A stretch of 64,000 nt of DNA from an uncultured beta proteobacterium (lineage in GTDB: Bacteria > Pseudomonadota > Gammaproteobacteria > Burkholderiales > SG8-39): positions 225,721 through 289,720 of the forward strand of contig CAWEPV010000003.1 of assembly GCA_963811085.1 (NCBI GenBank). Direction: 5' to 3'. This document shows, piece after piece, positions 15,903 to 25,239 of this stretch. The notes beneath the pieces are model-generated. The model saw only the letters and a program-made list of their open reading frames with translations, searched no databases and had not been told where the DNA came from. A program made the position numbers and the translations under genes. Position 1 is the first letter of the stretch. Each line of letters opens with the position of its first letter.

Positions 15903-17282
15903 CTAGAAGTTGATCCAGCTGAGGAGGTAGAGCGTGTTGTTGTCCTTCGCGTCCCTGCCCAGCCCGTCATAGTTGGTGTCGCCGCCGTTGAACTTGTTGT
16001 ACATCGTGTACTGCAGCGCGAACTTGGTGTTCTGGTACGGCACCCAGTCGAGCTCGGCGGTCCAGCCCTTGCTGTCGGGCTTGTTGTTGGCGAAGCCGGT
16101 GACCGGATCGCCCTGCGCGTACAGGCCCGAATCTTCCGACCCGGTAGTGGAAAAGTAACCCAGCGCGGCGCCGTACTTGCGTTGATAGTAGTAGCTCGCG
16201 TTCAGCCTGAGCGTCTTCATGTCGTTCGAGGCGTTGGCCGAGCCGCCGGCACCGAACGTCGCGTCCAGCGTCTGCTTCTCGTCGATGTAGGTGCCGGTGA
16301 ACGTCAGCAGATGCTGGTCGCCGATGTACTGGTACTGCGAATCGATCGCCCAGTCGCTGTACTTGTCGGACGGGCCCGTCTGCACGCTATTGGCCGGGAA
16401 TACTTTCGCCACCATGCCGTAGGCACCGAACTCCAATGACTTGCGGCCCCACTCGCGCTCGTAGGCCAGCCTCCAGTACGGCGCCAGCCCGTCGATGACG
16501 GGCACGTCGACTGCGCTGTCGATCTGTCCGAAGCCGTTAGGTGCGCCGTGGTAGGCGCCGAACTCCGCATAGATCGAGTTGTTGAAGTAGGCGTAAACGC
16601 TCATGCCCGCGGTGCTCATGTCGAACTGGCTGCCGTCCAGCAACGTCGCGGCGCCAGGCCCGGGCGCAACGGAGCTGCGCTGGTCGAACGGCGACTGCCA
16701 GGCCGGGGTGCTGTTCCACGGATCCTGCACCGTCGGGTTGTTGTTGAAGCTGATGCCCCACAGCATCTTGTCGTTCACCGTACGCGCGTAACGTACGTCG
16801 GTGTTGTCCCAGGCGAAGCCGTTGTCGACCCCGTCGTAGGTAATCTGGACAAAGGCGCCGAAGTTGGGCGCGATCTTGCCGGCGTAGAACAGGCTCGCCT
16901 GCTGCGGCACCAGCACCTGGCCGTTCTTGGCGAGGTCGCCGGGTACGAGGTTGCTGTCAGGCAGCGCGCCCTTGGTCTTGGTGTACGACATCTGCAGCAT
17001 GAACGAAAGCGGCGGCAGCTGGTTGAGCGCGAGCGTCTGCTCCTTGGTGGGAGTCATGCCGCTCACCTGCGGCAGGTTGTCGATGGTGTAGGCGTTCATC
17101 TTGAAGCGCCGCCCGAAGGGCGTCAGCTCCGGGAACACCGTATGGCACGCTTCGCAGGCGAAGCCCGTCTGGCGCGCGAAGCTCGGTACCGCCTGCGCAC
17201 TGCCGGGCGCGAGCAGCAGCCCGCTGCCTACCATCGCGAACGCCGCGATGAACATCCTCAACTTGCCTTGCTGCATGGTCAT
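15903..17282 (-). CDS. fused monoheme cytochrome c / outer-membrane beta-barrel protein (Cyc2-like)
   Basis: 459 aa. The signal peptide ends ...APGSAQA|VP. The single heme site sits in SFARQTGFACEACHTVFPELTPFGRRF, where CxxCH is followed by PxL. About 400 aa of aromatic/Gly/Asn-rich alternating segments follow, ending ...LYLLSWINF (terminal Phe). AGGGGAG lies upstream of the start. That this is a real CDS is near certain; the family call is inference. Confidence 0.6.
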   Translation of the reverse strand: MTMQQGKLRMFIAAFAMVGSGLLLAPGSAQAVPSFARQTGFACEACHTVFPELTPFGRRFKMNAYTIDNLPQVSGMTPTKEQTLALNQLPPLSFMLQMSYTKTKGALPDSNLVPGDLAKNGQVLVPQQASLFYAGKIAPNFGAFVQITYDGVDNGFAWDNTDVRYARTVNDKMLWGISFNNNPTVQDPWNSTPAWQSPFDQRSSVAPGPGAATLLDGSQFDMSTAGMSVYAYFNNSIYAEFGAYHGAPNGFGQIDSAVDVPVIDGLAPYWRLAYEREWGRKSLEFGAYGMVAKVFPANSVQTGPSDKYSDWAIDSQYQYIGDQHLLTFTGTYIDEKQTLDATFGAGGSANASNDMKTLRLNASYYYQRKYGAALGYFSTTGSEDSGLYAQGDPVTGFANNKPDSKGWTAELDWVPYQNTKFALQYTMYNKFNGGDTNYDGLGRDAKDNNTLYLLSWINF

Positions 17283-17700
17283 CTCCCCTTGACTGGATTG
17301 AACTCGACGCGATCTTCGGCGATGGCGACCTTCGGCGCATTAATTTAGATCAATAGATTCAATCGCTTACGTAATCCTGACGTCAGTCCCAGCGGAACGA
17401 TAACGGTTTACTTGTCGCCCATCGCGCAACGACAACCTCGTGGCCAACGTCGCCTCCGCCAGCGTGCGTCCATCGATCGAACTCGCTCAGGCTTAGCGAC
17501 GTGTGCCGGTTCTTCACCTCGACACGTTCCCGGCGCGCTGACGCGTCGTGCCGGTACGGATCGCTTCACGCCTGTGCGCTTGCTCGTCGCGCGGCACATT
17601 CGGCCGCGCGATCGTCTCGCCTTGACATTCGAGCTGCTGCCGGACGATCGCGGAATAGTGAGTAAAATGCCTCGTGGAAGATCAGCAACGTGCGGCGCAT

Positions 17701-17714
17701 TTGACCGACGTCAA
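17701..17714. promoter_or_regulatory. FNR/Anr/Dnr-type palindrome TTGAC-N4-GTCAA
   Basis: The sequence is atTTGACcgacGTCAAag, centred ~90 nt upstream of ATG 17797 of the c5-fusion cytochrome. Confidence 0.55.
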
Positions 17715-17796
17715 AGCAACCGCGCGCGAATGCGCGTCTTCTAGAAAGTGACAACAGCCCGGTAACGGCGCGCAAATGGAATCAGAGGAGATCTGG

Positions 17797-18870
17797 ATGT
17801 TCGGCATTGTCAAGACACTCGCGGCGACGGTCGTGCTCGGGGCGCTTATCGCGCCCCCAACGGATGCCCGCGCCTCGGGGCGAAGCGGCGAGGAGGTGGT
17901 GCACCAGGTCTGCGCCAGCTGCCACGCGACGGGCAAGAACGGTGCGCCGAAGATCGGCGATGAAAAAGCGTGGCAGGCGCGCGTTGCGAAGGGCCTGAGC
18001 AGCCTCACCCAGCATGCCGTCAACGGCATCCGGAACATGCCGCCGCACGGCGGCAGCCTGGGCGTGACCAATTTTGAGCTCGAGCTCGCGATCACCTACA
18101 TGGTCAACCATTCCGGCGGCCATTGGGCCGTGCCGATCAACAAGGCCGCGCCGCCCGCCGCCGAGCGCAGCGGGGAAGAGATCGTGAACGCGACGTGCGT
18201 CAAGTGCCACGGCACCGGGATCGGCGGCGCGCCCATCATCGGCGACCGGGCGGCATGGATTCACCGCGCGACTTACGGCATCGATGCCCTGGTTCGCTCC
18301 GCGATCAGGGGGCACGGCGCCATGCCTTCGCGCGGCGGTATGCCTGATCTGAGCGACAGCGAGCTGCGCCTGGCCATCGTCTACATGCTGGGAAAAAGCG
18401 TCGGCCCGACGAACAAGGAGTCGGCGCCGGGGGCGGCCCGGCAGCCGGCACCGGGCGGACCGGTTTCTTCGCAGGCCGGCTGGAACCACAAGGTCGTCGA
18501 AGGAACCGACGTCTACCTGGGTCTGGTTTCGGCCGCAGACCTGCGCGCGGCCCACCCGAAGCCGGACGCCTCGACCGCCGTGCTCGGCCGCATTCCGAGC
18601 GGCCGCGACTACTACTACATCAACGTGTCGCTATTCGACAGCACCAGCAGCACCGAGATCAGGGACGCAAAGGTGAAGGCGACCGTGTCGGATCCGGTCA
18701 TGGGCGGCGAAACCAAGACGCTCAAGCGCATCGCCTTCAACGACAGCGTGAGCTACGGCAACTACATCCGGATACCGGCAAGCGTGGCGAACGCCCATAC
18801 GATCACCGTGCGGATCTCCAGGCCGGGTACGTCCAGGACGATACGAGCCAAGTTCGACTTTTCGCGCTGA
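17797..18870 (+). CDS. diheme cytochrome (two c5/c555-type domains) fused to a C-terminal beta-sandwich-like domain
   Basis: The track ORF is 17776..18870. ATG 17797 has GAGGAG 6 nt upstream and starts a signal peptide (MFGIVKTLAATVVLGALIAPPTDARA). The heme sites are CASCHATGKNGAPKIGD...MPPHGG and CVKCHGTGIGGAPIIGD...MPSRGG. The last ~135 aa are beta-rich (DYYYINVSLFDSTSSTEIRDAKVKATVSD...SYGNYIRIP...HTITVRISRP). Confidence 0.75.
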   Translation: MFGIVKTLAATVVLGALIAPPTDARASGRSGEEVVHQVCASCHATGKNGAPKIGDEKAWQARVAKGLSSLTQHAVNGIRNMPPHGGSLGVTNFELELAITYMVNHSGGHWAVPINKAAPPAAERSGEEIVNATCVKCHGTGIGGAPIIGDRAAWIHRATYGIDALVRSAIRGHGAMPSRGGMPDLSDSELRLAIVYMLGKSVGPTNKESAPGAARQPAPGGPVSSQAGWNHKVVEGTDVYLGLVSAADLRAAHPKPDASTAVLGRIPSGRDYYYINVSLFDSTSSTEIRDAKVKATVSDPVMGGETKTLKRIAFNDSVSYGNYIRIPASVANAHTITVRISRPGTSRTIRAKFDFSR

Positions 18871-18871
18871 G

Positions 18872-19246
18872 CTAGGAATTGCCGCGCGCGGTCGACTGCC
18901 AGGCAACGAACTTCCAGCCCTCGGCGGTGCGGGTCCAGGCGTCGAGGTAGCGCAGACGCAGCGACTTGTGCTGCCCGTTCACGTCGACCTCGATCTCGGC
19001 GCTGCCGGTGACGAACGCGGTGTCGCCGTAGACGCGCACGCGTTCCTCGCCGCGCTTGATGCTGTGGTAGCGCGTCCTGCCGCTGCGGATCGCGTCGACG
19101 TAGCTCGCCTTGTCGTCCACCACCGCCGACGAATGCGTGTAGACCAGATCTTCGTGCAGCATCGCCGCAAGCGCCTCGGCGTCGCGCCCCGTCATCGCCG
19201 CGCAGCGCTTGTCCTCCAGCGCGATAATGTCTTTCTCCACGGTCAT
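18872..19246 (-). CDS. NTF2-like (SnoaL/DUF4440) family protein
   Basis: C-terminal 124 codons of track ORF 18872..20128, whose upstream part is Arg-rich shadow sequence. The product reads MTVEKDIIALEDKRCAAMTGRDAEALAAMLHEDLVYTHSS...WKFVAWQST. Its ATG overlaps the stop of the upstream dioxygenase by 4 nt. Confidence 0.7.
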   Translation of the reverse strand: MTVEKDIIALEDKRCAAMTGRDAEALAAMLHEDLVYTHSSAVVDDKASYVDAIRSGRTRYHSIKRGEERVRVYGDTAFVTGSAEIEVDVNGQHKSLRLRYLDAWTRTAEGWKFVAWQSTARGNS

Positions 19247-20085
19247 TTTCTGCTCCCCGAGGGTTTTAAAACGAAGTCGTATCTCGCTTCGTAGACGCCC
19301 TTTGCGTTCTTGTTGAAGTCGATCACCAGCGAATCCTTGACGCCGAACACCGCGTCGGAATCGAGGAACTCGTCGCCGCGCACGAACAGGTGCGTCACCA
19401 GCTTGTCGTAGCCCGGCGCCTGGATCATGAAGTGCAGGTGCCCGGGCCGCATCGGGTGGCGCCCGGTGGCGGCCAGCAGCTTGCCCACCGGACCGTCGTG
19501 CGGCACCGGGTAGCTCACCGGCCTGACGCAGCTGAAGTGAAACCTGCCGTCGGCGCCGGCGCGGAAGCGCGCGCGCAGGTTCATGCCTTCGTTCTTTTGC
19601 ACGTCGTAGAAGCCGTCGCCGCCGCCCTCCCACACGTCGAGCAGGGCGCCGGCGACCGGCTTGCCGTCGAGCCCCGAAACCGTGCCGCTCACGTTGCAGG
19701 GGTCGCCCGGCGTGCCGGGCTTGGCGATGTTCGCGCCGAGCGGCATCTCGGGCGCGCCCTCGACGAAGAACGGCCCCAGCACGGTGGACTCGGTCGCGTT
19801 CGCGGTCTTGCCGTAATTGATGAAGTCGACCAGCATCGACACGCCGAGCGTGTCCGACATCAGGATGTACTCCTGGCGCTTGTCGTCGCACCAGTGGCCG
19901 GTGTCGGTGAGGAACTTGATGCCGGTGAACCATTCCTCGGGCGTGGGCCGCACCTCGCGCACGAAGCCGTGCAGGTGCTTCACCAGGCTGGTCATCACTT
20001 CCTGCAGGCGCGGGTTCGGCGTGCCCTCGAGGCGCCGCAGCACCTCGGCGGTCAGCGTGTCCTCGCTGAAGTTGCGGATCGTCAT
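19243..20085 (-). CDS. intradiol ring-cleavage dioxygenase (hydroxyquinol/catechol 1,2-dioxygenase)
   Basis: 280 aa. It has an N-terminal helical linker domain. The catalytic core is GPFF...G.V.GLDGKPVAGALLDVW...GFYD...YPVPHDGPVGKLL...RPGHLHF. Confidence 0.88.
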   Translation of the reverse strand: MTIRNFSEDTLTAEVLRRLEGTPNPRLQEVMTSLVKHLHGFVREVRPTPEEWFTGIKFLTDTGHWCDDKRQEYILMSDTLGVSMLVDFINYGKTANATESTVLGPFFVEGAPEMPLGANIAKPGTPGDPCNVSGTVSGLDGKPVAGALLDVWEGGGDGFYDVQKNEGMNLRARFRAGADGRFHFSCVRPVSYPVPHDGPVGKLLAATGRHPMRPGHLHFMIQAPGYDKLVTHLFVRGDEFLDSDAVFGVKDSLVIDFNKNAKGVYEARYDFVLKPSGSRK

Positions 20086-20154
20086 GCCGTGCTCCCCGTC
20101 TGTGATCTCCCGGGCGCGATGCTACCATCGCGCGGCAATCTGACAGGAGGCTGG

Positions 20155-21084
20155 ATGGAGGTCGCGTTCGTCGCCCCCGAGGAGGACCCGCAGCGCTGGC
20201 TGCCGGGCTTGCGCGCCGCGCTGCCGGCGTCGCGCTTCCACGTCTGGCCCGAAATCCCCGACCCGGCGGCGATCGAAGTCGCGCTGGTGGCGAAACCGCC
20301 CGTCGGCGCGCTGGGCAACTTCACGGCGCTCAAGCTGATCCAGTCGCTGTGGATGGGGGTGGACGGCCTGCTCTCGGACCCGACCCTGCCGCGCAGCGCG
20401 CCGCTTGCGCGCTTGGTCGATCCGGGCATGGTCGCGGCGATGGGCGAGACCGTGCTCGCGTGCGTGCTCGACTGGCACCGCCACCTGTACCGCTACCGCG
20501 CGCAGCAGGCCGCGCGCGCCTGGCGGCCGCTGCCGCAGCGCCTCGCCGCCGAGCGCACCGTTGGGCTGCTCGGGCTCGGTGAGCTGGGACGAAGCGTCGC
20601 GCAGCGCCTGCTTGCGCTCGATTTCCGGGTCTGCGGCTGGAGCCGGCGGCAGAAGGAAATCGACCGCATCGAATGCTTCGCGGGTCCGGACGGGCTGGAC
20701 GCCATGCTGACGAAGAGCGGCGCCCTGGTCTGCCTGCTGCCGCTCACGCCCGAAACGCGCGGCATTCTCGACGCGCGCACCCTCGCGCTGCTGCCGCGCG
20801 GTGCGTGCCTGATCAACGTGGCGCGCGGCGCGCACCTGGTCGAGGCGGACCTCGTCGCCGCGCTCGACGCGGGCCACCTGGCGCACGCCTACCTCGACGT
20901 ATTCGATACCGAGCCGCTGCCGCCGTCGCATCCGTTCTGGTCGCATCCGGAGGTGAGCCTCACGCCGCACGTCGCCGCGCTCACCGATCCGCGCACCGCG
21001 CTGCCGATCGTGATCCGCAATCTCGAGCGCGCGCAGCGCGGCGAAGCGCCCGAAGCGCAGGTCGATGCCGCCGCCGGCTATTAG
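20155..21084 (+). CDS. D-isomer-specific 2-hydroxyacid dehydrogenase (glyoxylate/hydroxypyruvate reductase A-like)
   Basis: In-frame ATG of track ORF 19390..21084. It has an NAD-binding motif (VGLLGLGELGRSVAQRL) and catalytic motifs (INVARGAHLVEADL...LDVFDTEPLP...PHVAA). Confidence 0.85.
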   Translation: MEVAFVAPEEDPQRWLPGLRAALPASRFHVWPEIPDPAAIEVALVAKPPVGALGNFTALKLIQSLWMGVDGLLSDPTLPRSAPLARLVDPGMVAAMGETVLACVLDWHRHLYRYRAQQAARAWRPLPQRLAAERTVGLLGLGELGRSVAQRLLALDFRVCGWSRRQKEIDRIECFAGPDGLDAMLTKSGALVCLLPLTPETRGILDARTLALLPRGACLINVARGAHLVEADLVAALDAGHLAHAYLDVFDTEPLPPSHPFWSHPEVSLTPHVAALTDPRTALPIVIRNLERAQRGEAPEAQVDAAAGY

Positions 21085-21090
21085 GGGCGC

Positions 21091-21819
21091 TCAGCGCGCC
21101 AGGTAGCCGCTGTCGACCGGCAGCACCACGCCGGTGACGCAGCGCGCCGCGGGGCTGGCGAGGTACAACACCGCCGCGGCAATGTCGTCCGGCTCGGGCA
21201 GCACGCCGAGCGGGGTGTGCGCCATCACCTTCGCCAGCAGCTCGGGGCTGGAGAACACCGGCACGGTGAGCTCGGTCCTGACGAAGGTCGGCGCGACCGC
21301 GTTGACGCGGATGCCGTCGGCGGCCCACTCGAGCGCCAGCGCGCGCGTGAGGTTCACCACCCCGCCCTTGGAGGCCTGGTAGGACGCGTTGGGAAAGATC
21401 CCGCCCGAGAGCCCCATGATCGAGGCCAGGTTGACGATCGCGCCGCCGCCGCGCGCCTTCATGTGGCGCGCGGCAATGCGCGAGGCGAAAAAGAGCGCCG
21501 TCAGGTTGAGGCCGATAACGCCGTCCCACTCCTCGCGCGAGATCTCGGCCGCGGGCTTGCGGATCGCGCGGCCCGCGCTGTTGACCAGGATGTCGATTCC
21601 GCCCAGCTCGGCGGCGGCGCGCGCGAGTGCCGCGTCGAGCGCGGCTTCGTCGGTGACGTCGCAGGCGATGCGAAGCCCGTCGCCGGCTCCCGGCTCGAGA
21701 TCGAGCAGCGCGACTCTGGCGCCCGCTTCGGCCAGGCGGCGCGCGCTCGCGGCCCCGATGCCGCGACCGCCTCCTGTCACGATCGCCGCCTTGCCGTCGA
21801 GCCGGAACAGATCATCCAT
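21091..21819 (-). CDS. short-chain dehydrogenase/reductase (SDR)
   Basis: 242 aa with motifs TGGGRGIG...NSAG...S...YQASK. Confidence 0.9.
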   Translation of the reverse strand: MDDLFRLDGKAAIVTGGGRGIGAASARRLAEAGARVALLDLEPGAGDGLRIACDVTDEAALDAALARAAAELGGIDILVNSAGRAIRKPAAEISREEWDGVIGLNLTALFFASRIAARHMKARGGGAIVNLASIMGLSGGIFPNASYQASKGGVVNLTRALALEWAADGIRVNAVAPTFVRTELTVPVFSSPELLAKVMAHTPLGVLPEPDDIAAAVLYLASPAARCVTGVVLPVDSGYLAR

Positions 21820-21845
21820 GTCGGCCTAAGTATACTTGCGCGCAC

Positions 21846-23522
21846 ATGCACGATCTCGTCATCCGCAACGCCGTGCTGCTCGACGGCCTCGGCGCCGCGC
21901 CGCGCGCGGGCGACCTCGCCGTGGCCGGCGGGCGCATCGCGGCGCTCGGGCGCGGGCTCGGCCCGGCGCGCGAAACGCTCGACGCGCAGGGGCTCGCCCT
22001 GATGCCGGGAATCGTCGACAACCACACCCACTACGACGCCCAGATCACCTGGGACCCGGGGCTCGCGCCGAGCCCGGCGCTGGGCGTCACCAGCGCGGTG
22101 ATTGGCAACTGCGGCTTCACCATCGCCCCCTGCCGCCCGACCGAGCGCGAGCGGGTGATGCGCAACCTGACCCAGGTCGAGGGCATGGCGCTCGAGGTGC
22201 TGCGCACCGGGATCCGCTGGGAGTTCGAGACCGTGCCCGAGTACCTCGACATGCTCGAGCGCCGCGGCGCGGCGCTCAACGTGGCGGCCTTCGTCGGCCA
22301 TTCGGCGGTGCGCAGCTACGTCATGGGCGAGGCGGCCACCGAGCGCGCCGCGAGCGACGACGAGATCGCCGCCATGCGCCGCATCGTGCTCGAGGGCGTG
22401 CGCGCCGGCGCGGTCGGCTTTTCCACCAGCACCTCGCCGGCGCACAACGGCGAGGGCGGCGTGCCGATGCCCTCGCGCCTCGCCGACGAGCGCGAGCTGC
22501 GCGCGCTGGTCGCCTGCCTGGGCGAAGCCGGGCGGGGCGTGTTCATGCTCACCAAGGGAGGCCAGACCAGGGTGGAATTCCTCGAGGCGCTGGCGGCGCT
22601 CTCGGGCCGGCCGGTAGTGGTCGCCGCGCTGCTGCACAACAGCACCAACCCGCGCGCGGTGTTCGACGATCTCGAGGCGATCCGGGACGCGAACGCGCGC
22701 GGGCACCGCCTGCTCGGCGCGGTGTCGTGCTGCCCGCTGACCAACGACTTCACCCTGCGCTCGCCGTATCCGGTCGAGGGCCTCGAGTCGTGGCGCCCGG
22801 CGCTCGGCCTGAAGGGCGAGGCGTTCAAGACCAAGCTGCGCGAGCGGGGCTTTCGCGACGCGATCCGCGCCGAGCTCGAGCGCCCGGCGCACTTTCGCCT
22901 GTTCAACGGCGAATGGCAAAAGGTCGCGGTGGTCGAATCGGCGCGCAAGGACTACGAGCAGCGCGACCTGGCGGCGCTCGCCGCCGAGGCCGGCAAGGAC
23001 CCGCTCGACCTGATGCTCGACCTCGCGCTCGACGAGGACCTCGAAACCGTGTTCAGCGCGCTGCTGCTCAATTCCGACGAGGAGGCGGTCGGGCGCATGC
23101 TGCGCCATCCGTACAGCCTGGTGTCGCTGTCGGACGCCGGCGCGCACCTGACCTTCTTCAACGACGCCGGCTTCGGCCTGCACCTGCTCGGGCACTGGGT
23201 GCGCGAGCTCGGCGTGTTGTCGCTCGAGCAGGCCGCGCGCCAGCTCAGCTCGCTGCCGGCGCAAGTATTCGGCCTGCGCGGGCGCGGCGCGCTCGCACCC
23301 GGGCTCGCGGCCGACCTGCTGCTGTTCGACCCGGCCACGCGTCGGCCGCGGGCCGAAGCGGCGCGTATTCGACCTGCCCGGCGGCGCCCCGCGCCTGACC
23401 ACCGACGCGCTCGGCGTGCACGGCGTGTGGGTCAACGGGGTGCGCGTGGCCGATGCGAACGGACTCTTGCCGCTCGAGCGCCTGCCGGGAATACTGCTGC
23501 GCAATCAGACGGAGGGAGAAAG

Positions 23523-23526
<4 letters not shown>
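21846..23526 (+). pseudogene. D-aminoacylase-like metallo-amidohydrolase, frameshifted ~60 codons before its natural end
   Basis: The N-terminal 498 aa are in the frame of track ORF 21846..24500 (PGIVDNHTHYD..., LSDAGAHLTFF...). After ...ADLLLFDPAT (T = 23337..23339) that frame turns to Arg-rich nonsense. The conserved C-terminus VGRGPKRRVFDLPGGAPRLTTDALGVHGVWVNGVRVADANGLLP...LLRNQTEGER* continues one frame over. It ends in TGA 23524..23526, overlapping the next gene's ATG. Confidence 0.75.
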
Positions 23527-24500
<974 letters not shown>

Positions 24501-24509
24501 GCGGCAAAG

Positions 24510-25235
24510 ATGGCCGGCCGGGTCCTGCTGGGCATGCTGACGCCCTCCTCCAACACCGTGCTCGAGCCGGTGACCGCCGCGATGCTGGCCGGCCTGCCCG
24601 AGGTCAGCGCGCATTTCGGGCGCTTTCGGGTGACCGAGATCGCGCTCTCCCAGCAAGCGCTGGGCCAGTTCGACGACGGCGAGATTCTGCGCGCGGCCGA
24701 GTTGCTGTCGCACGCGAAGCTGCACTGCATCGGCTGGAACGGCACCTCCTCCGGATGGCTCGGCTTCGACGCCGATGAGCGGCTGTGCGAGCGCATCACC
24801 GCGGCAACCGGGATCCCGGCCTGCACCTCGGTGCTGGCGCTGAACGAGATCCTGCGCGCCACCGGCGTGACGCGCTTCGGCCTGGTTTCGCCCTACCGCG
24901 ACGACGTTCAGCAGCGCATCGTCGCCAACTACGCGCGCTCGGGCTTCGAGTGCGTCGCCGAGCGCCACCTCGGGCTGCAGGACAACTTCTCCTTCTCGGA
25001 GGTGAGCGCCGACCAGCTGCGCGCGATGGCGCGCGAGGTGGCGCGCGACAAGCCGCAGGCGATCACCATCTTCTGCACCAACCTGCGCGGCGCGCCGCTG
25101 GTCGAGGAGCTCGAGCAGGAGCTCGGCATTCCGGTCTACGACAGCATCGCCACGGTGGTGTGGAAGTCGCTCAAGCTCACCGGCGTGGACACCCGCCGCG
25201 TGCAGGGCTGGGGCCGCCTGTTGCGCGAAGTCTGA
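24510..25235 (+). CDS. Asp/Glu/hydantoin racemase superfamily protein (maleate isomerase / arylmalonate decarboxylase-like)
   Basis: 241 aa with motifs LGMLTPSSNTVLEP, CIGWNGTSSGW, GLVSPY and ITIFCTNLRG. Confidence 0.75.
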   Translation: MAGRVLLGMLTPSSNTVLEPVTAAMLAGLPEVSAHFGRFRVTEIALSQQALGQFDDGEILRAAELLSHAKLHCIGWNGTSSGWLGFDADERLCERITAATGIPACTSVLALNEILRATGVTRFGLVSPYRDDVQQRIVANYARSGFECVAERHLGLQDNFSFSEVSADQLRAMAREVARDKPQAITIFCTNLRGAPLVEELEQELGIPVYDSIATVVWKSLKLTGVDTRRVQGWGRLLREV

Positions 25236-25239
25236 CGCC

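Noticed and set aside
17345-17362. TTGAATCTATTGATC (minus strand) upstream of the Cyc2-like gene, considered as an FNR box.
   Set aside because: It is not palindromic: both halves are TTGA-type in the same orientation. I could not define a convincing -35/-10 pair either, so I only describe the region as AT-rich.
18872-20128. N-terminal extensions of track ORFs that would give much longer proteins. Examples are 18872..20128, 27784..28821, 28413..29255, 35752..37458, 36537..38168, 46687..48129 and 19390..21084.
   Set aside because: The upstream parts are nonsense-like and overlap the preceding gene. Internal ATG/GTG starts give canonical N-termini and classic 1-4 nt start/stop overlaps.
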